DNA from: Trichoplax sp. H2
Taxonomy: Eukaryota
Assembly: GCA_003344405.1 (NCBI GenBank)
Contig: NOWV01000276.1
Coordinates: 1-64,000 of the forward strand
Length of the DNA: 64,000 nt
Direction of reading: 5' to 3'
In this document: positions 1 to 12,713 of the stretch, one piece after another
How positions within the stretch are numbered: position 1 is the stretch's first letter
How the letters are laid out: each line of letters opens with the position of its first letter
The notes under the pieces: model-generated
What the model was told of the DNA's origin: nothing
The model's database searches: none
The model's input: only the letters and a program-made list of their open reading frames with translations
Made by a program: the position numbers and the translations under genes

Positions 1-182
1 AAGTAGAACTTTAGTAATAGATAATAAGACTCAACTGAATATGACTTAATTAAGAAAAAGCCAGTCCGTTCAGAATCGACCGTCTGCATACTAAAAGTGC
101 CGTCATAGCGAAACGTGTTTGCCGTACTATTTTGCCAAGATGAGGCTGGCAATGTCTGTCCGTCCAAGGGTGATCCGTCCAT
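1..182 (-). CDS. Possible first coding exon of an unidentified gene running off the left edge, divergent from RPL9
   Basis: Minus-strand ATG at 182 in good context (gcaacATGG), open frame MDGSPLDGQTLPASSWQNSTANTFRYDGTF... to the window edge; possible donor GTATGC near 92. No homology recognised. Confidence 0.3.
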   Translation of the reverse strand, partial: MDGSPLDGQTLPASSWQNSTANTFRYDGTFSMQTVDSERTGFFLIKSYSVESYYLLLKFY

Positions 183-196
183 GTTGCAGCTGCTTT

Positions 197-790
197 AAAA
201 TGCATAGCACGGTGTCATACCTTAGTATACAGTACTGTACTACTACGGTGCAGTTCGTTATGCGCACTGTGGACATTCAAGTGATATCGCCCAAACTTGA
301 ACTGGTGATACGACAGAAATAATGTCACACAGTCTTTGAAAATGCACAGCACAGTGTCATACCTTAGTATACAGTACTGTACTGCTACGGTGCAGTTCGT
401 TATGCGCACTGTGGACATTCAAGTGATATCGCTCAAACTTGAACTGGTGATACGACAGAAATGATGTCACACAATCTTTGAAGTGATGCCGCGCAAACTT
501 TAAAATGCATAGCACAGTGTCATACCTTAGTATACAGTACTGTACTGCTACGGTGCAGTTCGTTATGCGCACTGTGGACATTCAAGTGATATCGCCCAAA
601 CTTGAACTGGTGATACGACAGAAATGATGTCACACAGTCTTTGAAAATGCACAGCACGGTGTCATACCTTAGTATACAGTACTGTACTGCTACGGTGCAG
701 TTCGTTATGCACACTGTGGACATTGAAGTGATGTCGCCCAAACTTGAACTGGTGATACGACAGAAATAATTGTCAGACAATCTTTGAAGT
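197..790. repeat. Tandem repeat, ~4 units with periods 142/163/142 bp (305-bp higher-order dimer)
   Basis: Unit core tgca(t/c)agcac(g/a)gtgtcataccttagtatacagtactgtact...gaactggtgatacgacagaaat begins at 201, 343, 506 and 648; units nearly identical. Confidence 0.95.
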
Positions 791-846
791 TGCGCGACAT
801 CACTTGAAGATTGTGGAACATCATTTCTGTAGCGTATCACCAGTTC
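746..846. repeat. Inverted repeat (fold-back) formed by an inverted partial copy of the tandem unit
   Basis: gaactggtgatacg (746-759) is the perfect reverse complement of cgtatcaccagttc (833-846); inner pairs acagaaat/atttctgt and acaatctt/aagattgt. Confidence 0.85.
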
Positions 847-929
847 TTACGTCGTATTGCCCTGAGCCTGGTGAGCCCACCGTCTACTGTAGTTAGTCCT
901 ATTTCCACGTTTGAAAACAAAGAACATAC

Positions 930-1146
930 CGTACTGTACTGTACAGTGTACAGTACCTTGCACTCGTTCCTGTGCATACTGTACTGTACACTGGACATTG
1001 TCAGTTGGTCACGTGGACTGGTCCACGCAAGTCAGGTGCAGCATTCGTCATGATCCCGTACAGTACAGTATACTGTACACTGTCAAATCTGGACTGGACT
1101 GTACGGTGCTGTACTGTAGACTCGGGTGCCACTGTACTAGACTGTA
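930..1146. promoter_or_regulatory. Cluster of TACAG/CTGTA pentamers upstream of RPL9
   Basis: Dense gtactgtactgtacagtgtacagtac, tacagtacagtatactgtac etc., ending ~110 bp before the RPL9 pyrimidine initiator. Regulatory role is inferred. Confidence 0.55.
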
Positions 1147-1238
1147 TTGCATTATACCACATCGCCAATCTAACCTAAAAACTGGTCAGAACCATAGCAG
1201 TGAGCAGACTGTTCGAGCACGTTGGCCGCTTAAAATAC

Positions 1239-1298
1239 TATAAAGTCAACGTCGTTCCTTTTTTCCAGCCCTTCGCGTTCATGTGGATTTCGTTGCAG
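1239..1298 (+). promoter_or_regulatory. RPL9 core promoter and non-coding exon 1 with TCT/5'TOP pyrimidine tract
   Basis: TATAAA at 1239-1244, ttccttttttcc at 1255-1266 (typical ribosomal-protein TCT initiator), donor CAG|GTATGT at 1298/1299. Confidence 0.65.
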
Positions 1299-2240
1299 GT
1301 ATGTCTGATCCAATCATCATGTCGATATCTTGCCAATCCCAACTACTTTTACCACTAATCATGCTTTTTCCCAGTCAGAATGATTGATTTTATAGTTAGA
1401 TTGACTTATTTGATGTTCAAATGGAGCGATTACTAGTTGTTCGCTTCATCATTTTACCCTTGATGCTTTTGCCTATTTATAAAATGGCTGACCAAATCGC
1501 CACGAATCGTCGTGTTGGTCGACTGTAATTTTGATTCAATTTGGCCAGTTTGTTATGACTTAGTAGTATAGATAGAGAGAGATGATTGTGAATTATCCAA
1601 AGAGTAAAGTCATGATTACTGAAATACAGTAGGCAATTTGGATTACAACGTTCATCGCATTATCATTTTCAACACGACTATGACGATCAGTTGAAATGCT
1701 GTAGACTGGTATACCTAGTGGTACAATAATTGCAACAGGAAATCGTTCGATACCTCTTGATTCAATAACTTAGATAACTTCATATTACTACGACGCATTA
1801 TTTAGGATACATGCGACGAAGATCTTATAGTAGTGTAGAAGAGGAAATAATATGCGATCGCCCTTAGTCTCATACAATCGTAGTCCAATCATGATACAAA
1901 AACGATCAGTTTGAGTCCTTGGATTAGCTGATGATGGTCTGCAATAGCGTAGGATAAAAAGTTTCCCATATTGCTGCTCGATATCAGATCATGGCGGTAT
2001 AATTATCTATTCTTTGTGCTAAATTCATTATATTGCTTAAAATGAATCAGATACCAATGCTTGTGTGGTGGTACTATATCTTCTGCGACTACATTTGAAT
2101 TACGTCTCAGACTCATCAATCATCAACTGCAAACTCCATAAACTACCATTCCCTCATTATCTAACATAAACTATTTTAGCTTAAAAAACTTAAGGACTGT
2201 GTCATTAATGCTGCTATTTCTTTTTAAACTACTAATAGCC

Positions 2241-3373
2241 ATGAAGACCATATTGTCTACTGCATACGTCAAGATTCCTGACGATAGTAAGTTAAAATCT
2301 CAATTGTAGATTCGAAGAATGAACATATTCACCAGTGTTTAGTTATTCGATGCATGGATGGAGAACCGATGTTTTCTTCTAGTCAAATACGCAAATTTTC
2401 AAACTTTGCATTGTAGCCTATCTATTAACGCAAATTGTATAAGCTATGGTAGTGAGTTTGACGTTACAGTGTATTCAGATTAGGATAGAATGCAAGTTTG
2501 ATGCGTTACGTTACTGTCGGTAACTTTCCAAGCATGACGGGAGTGCTCGTTGCTAATTTTAATCGTTTGACATATTTTACAGTTACCATTAAAGCCAGTA
2601 GGCGAAAGATTACCGTCAGTGGTAAACGAGGTACTCTAAGCCGAGAATTTAAACACCTGAAATTGGAACTAAAGGTGATCGGTAAAAAATTAAGAGTAGA
2701 TGTCTGGTTCGCCGACAGACGAGAATTGGCCTGTGTTCGCACTGTTTGCAGCCATATCGAAAATATGATTAAAGGCGTTACATATGTAAGTTCTATTTAA
2801 CGAAGCCACCTGTGATGATGACATTTCAACTTTTCCCTTGAATGCATGGGATAAAATTTTCCCTATATCATACATGTAACGATAATAGTTAAAATCGTAA
2901 AAACAATGATGCTATACGTTGGATTACTGATCCTATACTTAATTTATTTCCTTAAAAGGGCTATCTTTACAGAATGAGATCAGTATATGCCCATTTCCCA
3001 ATCAACGTCAATATTACCGAAGATGGTAAACTAGTTGAGATTAGAAACTTTTTGGGGGAGAAAGTTATCAGACGAGTAAGAATGAGAGATGGTGTAACTT
3101 GTAAAGTATCCCAAAAGCAAAAGGATGAATATACTGTATCAGGCAATGACATCGAACTTGTTTCGCAATCGGGTAAGTAAAATTTACCAACGTTTTCTTG
3201 ATCATCGCGCTAAATTTACTTCATCATAAATTCTTCCTTATTAACTAAAATCATTTTTTCCATTAGCTGCTCTTATCCAACAATCAACGACGGTCAAAGC
3301 GAAAGATATCCGCAAATTTCTCGATGGAATTTACGTGTCGAATAAGGAGACAATTGACGCTATGGAAATTTAA
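2241..3373 (+). CDS. RPL9: 60S ribosomal protein L9 (uL6), 189 aa, 4 coding exons
   Basis: Exons 2241-2286, 2583-2785, 2959-3172, 3267-3373 with GT-AG introns give [15 protein letters not shown]...[11 protein letters not shown]...EIRNFLGEK...[13 protein letters not shown], matching known RPL9 motifs; AATAAA at 3401 and 3421. Confidence 0.97.
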
Positions 3374-4609
3374 GTGTACATTTCGTAATGCAGATTCCTC
3401 AATAAATGTGTAACGCTTTAAATAAATGTAAACGTTGTCCTCTTCCTGAGAGATGATATAGTATATGATAGTGTCATGAGAAGCTGGAGGTGCTAAGCTA
3501 ATGTATTTTTATTTTATACACGTACAGTATTATCTTATTAGTATCTTTTGACTTCGATCGAGCATAATGTTTTACCATAGTGCAGTTAAAGATCTTTGTA
3601 GTCAAGTCTAGAAATATGAAAATTACAACAAGAATTGCTATTTCTGCTTTGGATGTGTTCCTTATACTTTATTATTGTGAACTTGGCATTAGCTTATGCT
3701 TAAGACAGGTGGCTAAAATTTAGACTAAAAATACAAGCTCAAGATGGTACAGTAATTTCCCCTTTTTAATGTACTGATACATAATTGAATTGGATAATAA
3801 TTATTACTACAAAAAAGGGGTAGTGGTCACTGTTCAGTAGGGTTAAGAAGTAATCGCTACTGATGTTACTCGTTAGCCGATTCATATTCTACTAATCGGT
3901 TCTCAGACGGTTACTGTAGTGCAGCTTGAATGAACTAGCAGAAAGCTATTTGTGTAACCATTAATTTAGGAGTCCTATTATCGTTAATTGTAAGCTTATC
4001 GGTACATTTTCGTATTTTACAAATATAGTATTTGCACATTACAGCACATTCGTCAACGATCTTCAGAGCATGAAGGCAATGTTGAAATTACTAATGAAAC
4101 TCGTGGAAATTGTCATTTTATATCGTACTGTAATTAAAGTTACATTTCATTCAGAAGTATATGCTTTCGTTGATAATTTACAATTAAAAAGATCATATTG
4201 TAACGTCTACTGCTACATTACAATCGTTAATCTAGCAGCTCATTACTTCGATGTTCAGATAAAGGCCATTCGACTAGTAGTTATCTCGTAGAATATCTTG
4301 TGCATTGTAGGACAAAAATCCAGGCAAAGTAAAATTATACTTACACAAAAGTAAGGTAAACTTTATTGCAGGCTTGTAATTCCTACGATAAATATGCAAA
4401 CGGTATGTATAGTGAAACAATTTATAATATTAGCTAAACCACCTGGACACTCGATTTGAGAATTGTAATAAGAAGCACTACCTCAATTTCAATTAGTTTA
4501 AATTACAAAAAATAATGATGCCAATCCAGCACTGATATTCGAGCTACCAGTTCAGAAATTGTGTACGTATTAAGCGATACATTAAATATAATTTTTTTTT
4601 AACATGATA

Positions 4610-7603
4610 TTAAAGTTCTTCCTTTCGTTGTTGCTCCTTTTTGAAGTCCTTATAGCGATATTTCGGTTGATTATCAAAAACCTATAAAAAAAAGAGGAAT
4701 TGTAAGTTATACACAGGGCTATTACATAATTAGTAAAACTTTTAAATTTGAGCGTGTAAAGTTGTAAGCAGTAACCTCGATACACTTCAATATCGTTCAA
4801 TTTAGCGTAAACGGTTCCAGTATAGTAATTGTAGGCATTTTAAAAGACTGCTAGCAGACATGAATAGCTATGCACTGATCTATTCTTTGTGTTGTGATAA
4901 ATATAACTTATTCTAGACACTAAAACGTTTTAAGAGTATTGAAGAGGCCGATCATCGATATACCACTAGTCCGCAAACAAATTATATAATTATACTATCG
5001 TATATGATAATGCACTTAGTTGGCCTAGTACAACCCCAAATCAAATTTTCATTACGATGTTGTCCAAGCATCCACAGTACTTAATTATACTGCAATACTA
5101 CATGTATAGATGAAATTTTATCACCCTGAGAAATTACCTCTTCCTGCCAGCCAATGAAAGGATTTTGATATGATGCTTCGCGTGGTACTATGCTAAACTC
5201 TTTCGCAGCCTGAATATAATGTCATGAAGATTAAAATTGTTATCATACCGTCTATAAACAATGTCTCATTTCTTGAGATCCGTATATAGAAATGTAATCA
5301 TGCTGAAGAATATACAAGCGACATTGAGTAAAAATTTACTACTTACCACATCTAAAATATTCTTATCCGATTCACTAAGTAGGGATTTAGACTTCTGACA
5401 AAATTCTACAGCCCACTTGAAAGAATCAGAGTATTCTGGATTCTCGCTAATTAACTGTATATGCGAATACAAAGCAAAATGATGATTAAGCTAAATTATT
5501 CCATGCTATATCAATTCGACACACCCCCCCCCCAAAAAAAAATCAAAATTACAATCTAAACTCACGTCTCGTGTAACTTTAAAAATTCGAGCGGCAATTT
5601 CAGAAATGAACAGGGTATTTTCAAAAATTACTGCAATAGCTGAAAGATAATTCATAATATCTTTAGAAAAGTACAAAAATAGGCATAAAACTTGGCCGTG
5701 GTACTACTACATTAGGACAATAGCGTATACTAGACAAGCTAGCTTCCCACAGCAAGAAGTAATGTATGCTAAAATTTGTGATTCTTTAATAAAACACCGC
5801 TTTTTGTGTTACAACTACTAGCTCAATCTCTAACTTTAATGACGAAGCTAGCATGATCGATTTTACAGTTAATCATTATTACATAATATGTACCTCCAGT
5901 CAAATTTTTATCCATTGGCAATGGCATATCTGATGTATAGCCGGCTTCATCCACCGCCTTTTTCAATTCTGTAAAACCCTGAAAATAAATACAGTAATTA
6001 AATTAAGGTAACTGATGAAAGCTCGTAATGCGGATTATCTATGTAATGACATCAAGATTTTATCGTTACCAAAACTAGCCTGATATTAAATCTAACTACA
6101 ACTGACGGAAAATTAAAGCACTGCTTACAAGATATTTATCGAGTCAATGATGGTAGTAATTAAATACTTTACTCGACGGATGTACGGTCATGTATATGCT
6201 CAAAGTAACTATTTCAAATGCAATCAACTCTGTTAATACTAACTCTTTTAGATGGCTAATTAACGGCATGCCTATTTTTATGCTATTATTTTCAGGATTA
6301 AAGTATGAAACACCTCTACTAAAATCAATAGCATTAAATATTAACTAATTAATGGTATCGTTATTATATTAAGCTTTAAGGTAATACGTACGATCAAATC
6401 GATATCTTTAATTTGGCTGACATTTTGATTGTAATTATTTACGTCGTGATTAATTGTACGTATATATTCTTAATGCTATCTCCAAAGTTATGACATTCTA
6501 GTTAGCTATAAACTACCTTGACGCTAGTATTGAAAAGATATTGAACGTAGGTTTTCCGATCATCTTCTAGTTGGAGGCTAGCAATTATTTTGATTCTTTC
6601 AAATTGATCCTTCCTCAGTTCCTCAATTTGCTCTTTAACTGTATTAGAGAAATGTAAATAATGCAACTGTTGATAAGTATACAAAAAAAACATTCATTTC
6701 TCATTATAATGCATGTAAAATTAAGGCATAGATAGATGTAGGCCACATTAGTATCTCCTGAAGAAGCAGAGTGAAAAATTAATTATATGGGCTATTTTGC
6801 GAATTCTATCATTGAGTTACCTACACCTGGAGATAAATCTTAATGGCTTTAATATTAAATTCACGTCTATCATTACATAGCAATAAAGAGTAGTTAATTT
6901 TGTTCATGTTCTATCAATCACAGAGTTGGGTGACGGATGTTTAATTAATTAATACTCTGTTTACAAAAGGCGTTGCTAAATGTAACATACGACTGGAATC
7001 GAAATGTAAATCTTTCTCGTTTTCGTACATTAGCAACTTTTTTTATTGCCAGGAAGCATTCTAATATCCATTACTGCGTTTGATTCACGTAGCAAATAAT
7101 TCGAACAGTAAAACGTTGAAAAAGCTGAATTATTTTAACAGTCTCTTCCTGCAACCGAGTAAGATACGTAAATAGATATATTCTGCACATAAACTACCTT
7201 GAAGCCAACTTTGTAGACAGAAAATCGTACCGTATGCAGCAGGCACATATTAGTATGAATATGAAATGCACGAGAAAGAAGTAATTGTACACTCATCATT
7301 AGCAAGATCATAGCCATTTAATAGTCCCCAGCGAATTGAATTTTGCTAATGAAGCTTGTATAAACTTTTAATGTATTCGCAGCTAGTAAAGATTTTTCTA
7401 GAGTGCTCAATATAAATTATAAAAATGCCCATCATACTGTACGTATACCTACATTTTTTAACGATATCTTCTGGTGTATCTGCTGCCTCTGCCGTGCTTT
7501 GATCGGATTTTTCCTCCTGTTTCTCTTCCGTTTTCTCTTCTCCGCTAACAACTAGTGCCATTACGATGAGTAAAAAATAGGAAAACTTCCAGACTGACTT
7601 CAT
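4610..7603 (-). CDS. CCDC134-like ER-lumenal protein, divergent paralogue A (227 aa, 7 exons, C-terminal KEEL)
   Basis: Exons 7603-7453, 6638-6517, 5978-5894, 5639-5566, 5454-5347, 5209-5138, 4681-4610. Signal peptide MKSVWKFSYFLLIVMALVVSG; motifs IFENTLFISEI, WAVEFC, YQNPF; ends ...RKEEL*. Confidence 0.85.
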
Positions 7604-10537
7604 TTTCTTTAGTTCAACTATAAACTTCTCGTCAAAGATGGATGATTTTACTTGCTGTACTTGATAAGATCACTTTTGATCAATTAGAGTGTACTGTATA
7701 CGGTATGACAAATAATTCAATGACAACGTTTCCAATCACTGCGATCAACTTCAATCTAAATTATCTTTAATCAATTGTCATTCAACTAAGATTCAAGGCA
7801 ATTGAGTGAGTTATTGGTGGTCCTCGCTGCGAACTCGTTCTTTAAATAGCGATCTAGGATAGGTAAACCAATATAAGTTAATTAATTTTTGCGCTAGGCC
7901 GCCAGACACAATTGTCGTTAATGTAATTCAATGCAGAGACATCAACGCTGACCACTTGTCGGGTTGTTGGGGCTATGACAAATAGATGCAACTGTGCTCA
8001 CAGCAGCATCAATGACTATTTATAACAAGCTCCAACTAAAGACAGGTTAAAATTCTATTCAATCGACTACAGAAATATGAATGATGTCCCAGGAAATTTT
8101 GTCCCGAAAACGAGGATGTCTAAGTAATCATGATAGTATTCTCAATAGCCATATTTACCATAACAAAGGCCTAGAAAGAAGAATCTTTACTTACAATGTT
8201 TACCTACGGACTTGATTATCAAGGACAATAAAAGTTCTCACCAGGAATGATATTGTTATGAAAGTATGAGAACATCCAAATTCAATTATCAATGGAGGAT
8301 ACAACAAAGCAATAGCGATTTCGACAAATAGAAATTACAACTTCCTTCCTATTCTCTAGAACTAAAGTATAGTATAACTACAGAAAATAGTGACACAGTG
8401 TTGAAAGTCGCGTAATCCAGGGTAATTTACTAGTTAAAAATAATGCTTAATCTATTATTCGGAGCGCTATATGCCGACTCTTGCACGACAATGCATTACA
8501 ATTTGCAGCGATGATCTTAGCCAACTGAAACAGTTGGATACATTTTAATACGCGTTAATTTCTGATTGGCCGATAGTGACATTTACAATTTACAATTTAA
8601 TGGCTATGCTAAAAAAACAATTTGGATAACTCTGTCAAGCTGTCGGTCCACGTTAGAAGAATCAATTCATTAAGGCCCAAAATGATAGCTATAAATCGTA
8701 GAGAAAAAATGAATATAAATTTGTTATTAGGATGTTATTAATCATCACTAATTGTTATTACATCTGGCAGTACGTAATAAACGACTACAATAATGCACAT
8801 TCTCCCCTTGTAATGCACTATAGAGAGGAAATTGGGGAATAACTCTTTTCAATGGGGAACTTTTACCAGTTATAAATGGTAGAGAAAATCAATTACATTT
8901 GTTAACTTTTCTTGAATTGTAATAATTTCAGTTGGCAGTAAGAAATGACCAATAACAGTAACTAGAGCGGAATAATAGGCCGTAACAACGTCCATTCCTG
9001 TCTTCTATAATGAAGATAATCAATTTGGCAATAGCTACCTTTACTGTCACTACACTTAAAAGAATATTAGACAAATAGTTTAGATGCTAAATTACTGTAT
9101 CAATGGATCCTCAATGCTACACTGAATATTCTTGTCCGCTGTACCAATTACAGTAGATAAAGAAAATTTGGGCATATTTAAATTAAGATTACGTACATTA
9201 TTTAAACGTGTCTTTATACGTGCTGCATCTAAGAATTATTGAAGTGTATACTAATTTACAAAAAAATAATAAAAACATATATGATAGTCTATCTAAGGGA
9301 TCCTGTTGAGGTATATTCTTGTCTACTGTGTCAATATAATATGAAAATTGGTTTTATCCACTAAGCTAAAGTGAATAGGGAAAAATGTAGTACACTCATC
9401 CCCATCCCGTAGTAATTATTCTCAAATACTTATCATTACTAGTCTAGGTTGATGTAAAAATGGACAGAAGTTATCCAGTCCTAGTGAATTTAGACTATAT
9501 TATAGTGTTTTCATTATTTTTTTTTAACGAACATCTTTTGAAGACGGTCACGCTGAAGCCGTGCGTTTATTGCTAATTGAGAGTGGATTACATGATTAGC
9601 TTATAGATAATATATATCCGTACGTACGGAAATAAATGTAATATCGATACAGATAATTATTATAATACCGTAATGATATAAGCTGGAACAATCAATTCTT
9701 TCAGCTTGTAATCATAAATAAACTAATTATGTATCGATCGTAATCTCGTAACAATATATAACCAGGTAAGGGATTAGGCATGTTTAGATAGAAAGACAAG
9801 GGCATTGTTCATCTCTGGCAAAATATCATTGCTACAATAATTGATTGCTTCATCTAGAGGCAAATTTAAATGTATCATTAATGATTGATGATGTTATTTG
9901 CTATTTAATTGTTTTCTTATTTCCCCGTAAAGTACGATAGAGATCATTTATCCTTGACATAAAATAACCTTTGATTCGACACTCACTACTTCACGTGAAC
10001 AAATAAGCATGTAGTGAGGTATATTTTTATTCATCGTTTTAATAATTTAATTAGTTCGAATTTAATGTAGGGGTTTATTCATATATTGTTGACTTTATAA
10101 CTGCAGATCTTCCTTAACGATGGATTACTACTGCATAATAACCAATACAATGGATTTTTTGATCGGACATCACTTGGTTTATTGCGCGATATTTCTCACC
10201 GATTCAATAACTGGCTATGTTATACATGATCAGCAGAGCATTATAAAAGATCACAAAAGAACCCTTTGCTTATCAGCGTATGAGATATTAACTGAATTCA
10301 CCATTATTCAACACGTTAAATGTACTTTGATAAATTCTGACAAGTTCATCATGGAAAAATGGCACATAGCATAAGGCAAAAGAATTTGCCTTATTCTTCA
10401 TGTATCTTTCGATACAGTATTAATTCTGCATATTAATACTGAAAATAATACAAAGAGAAAGTTTCACAATCGGATTTAAAAAATGTTACACGCTGCAATA
10501 TTAATTATATTACAGTCGTGTCAGGAAAATTATATAT

Positions 10538-12713
10538 TTATAGTTCAGTCTTCTTGGATTTTCTTTTCTTCCTTTTGTTTTTTTTAGATCTAGATTTTGA
10601 TTTCGATGACTGAGCCTTACTCTTTAGTTTATGGTCTAATTGTTCCTTATTCTGAAAACGGAGTAAGAGAATGTCAGCGAAATTTATCAGTTAATCTAAT
10701 TAAGTGTGGATATTCATTACCATATATAAACTTTTGTAATTATAACGAAAGTGTACATTTCTGACATAACAGTATGCATAAGTACATCTTATATACGACA
10801 AAGGACTACACGCGGCACATGGCACATATTTTGCTGTACTGCAGTTTTACTTATGAATAACTAACTGGATATTACCATTTTCTCACGATCATTTTCTTTC
10901 TTGCTATAGGGATTAACATAGTTAGCATCTCTTGGAATAAGTTTCAACTCTTGAGACATCTATTCAAAATTTTCAATAAATAAAGCAGTGAAAATGTGTA
11001 ATACATTAATAAAATGAGCGGGAGGTTAAACACACTGAATAGAAATCCTTACTAAATTTAGTAATTTCTTGTGTGGACCATGGAATATTGAAACAGAATC
11101 ATTACAAAATCCGACACTCCAGTGAATGGCATATCTCCATTCTGTTTTCCTATCATATATCTTAAATACATAAGATAAAAGTCCTAAATACTCATAATAA
11201 CTATGCAAGTAACCGCATCCATTGTTATCACGGAAAATGATACGTAATATAAGATGTCAATCGTTTAAAGAGGCTAAAGCGGTCGGATGCAGAAGTTATA
11301 GGAAATACTCCTCGATGTAAGATTGCATTTAAATATATCAATAACCAACTATCATGGATGACATATAAAAATATAGCATTATTTGATGCAAAGTTAAGTA
11401 TAAGTCTACCAGTAAAGTGGGTGCTACAGTAACTAGAAAAGACTTGAGCGAGCATCAGCTCATTGACTCACCTTATGAGTAATATCTGGTAATCTTAGGG
11501 CAATTTCACCGAAAAAGGCAGTATTTTCATATATCTTGGATATAGCTAATCAGATAGAAGTTACTATTACATAAGGCTAGTTAATGCGTTGATATCACTA
11601 CAAGGAAAGTAACGCAAGATGATCAACATAGCTTAACTAAAAATTTCAATACTACTATAGTACTGTATTGCACGAGTACGTTATTATTTATAACAAAGCT
11701 TCTATTTTGGTTCGAAATGAGAAAATGGGCATTTGTAGCTAACCATCACGAATTTTTTCATCTTTAGGGAAAGCCATCTCCGGTATATATCCAGTATCAA
11801 TAATGACAGCTTTCGATTCAAATAGTACCTATAATAAGGATAGGATACTGCTTTTAGTTGCAAGTCATTTTAGCCTACTTCGTACACGCAATGTTGAGTT
11901 ATACACAGACTAAATGTATACCATATATATCCATAGCTAGTAAGCTATGGATGACGAAAGTAGAATTGAGCAATGGAGACTACCGTAGTTGCCTTTAAAA
12001 TTGTTAAATTGATGCCATCACTTTATCCCTTAAAACTAGTAACCATAAGCGCTACTATGTGAACTCAAAAACAGACCTCAAAGATTTTTTGAATCATTGC
12101 TTCCGCCATTTTGTATTGCTTGGTGTAGGTCTTGAACTTGCTTATTGCGATTAGAGCATCGGTTTGTTGCCTACGTCTCAATGCGAATAATTTACGATCT
12201 GCTAGCCCATTTGTACGACAATAGTACAAGTATATCAATGGCATTAGAGCAAATACCAAGTTAACGAAAATAACCACGAGAGCGAGCAATAAAATAAAGG
12301 AATATTTTAATGTGAGAGTATCTATTCCTTTACACGACTACTGTGTATTTTAATATCAAAAGATGTCAGCATACGCATTCCTCTGTGATTTCGACTACGT
12401 GTTGTAGCCTCCAAAATAGGCGTTATAAGCTCATCTACAAGTAACAACTCGTCATTGCTAATTACTGTATTTTTTCTACACGTAACTGCGCGAAATTGTA
12501 ACAAAATAACAACTTAGTCACACTTATAAAGATACAAGCCAGTAGCTGGGATTCATCCTCTTTGAGCTTGTGATTGTCAAGACGTTGTTGGCTTGGACTA
12601 GTGGTCGCATTGGTGGTTGGATCGTCGCTGGTATTTGTGGAAGAATCCTTTAAAGGCCATACCAAAACAGCGAAAGAAAGTATGACAACGATAGCGTAAT
12701 ATCGCACCAACAT
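10538..12713 (-). CDS. CCDC134: Coiled-coil domain-containing protein 134 orthologue, paralogue B (254 aa, 7 exons, C-terminal KTEL)
   Basis: Exons 12713-12536, 12198-12077, 11828-11744, 11545-11472, 11160-11053, 10959-10876, 10651-10538. FPKDEKIRDA, ENTAFFGEIALRLP, WSVGFCN, GPH..LL.LMSQEL, NYVNPY closely follow human CCDC134 as recalled; ends ...KKTEL*. Confidence 0.9.

Noticed and set aside
197..790. CRISPR-like array
   Set aside because: Whole units are repeated with no unique spacers, no cas genes, and a eukaryotic intron-containing context.
119..1243. Cys/Tyr/Thr/Val-rich ORFs on both strands
   Set aside because: By-products of the tandem repeat and TACAG pentamers; no protein-like features.
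2812..2930. Box C/D snoRNA in RPL9 intron 3 (GTGATGA ... CTGA)
   Set aside because: No terminal stem; CTGAT lies 28 nt from the acceptor and fits the branch point better; no convincing guide next to a D box.
4582..4800. 72-aa ORF from the track
   Set aside because: Wrong frame; the real last exon of CCDC134-like A (4681-4610) reads VFDNQ...KEEL*.
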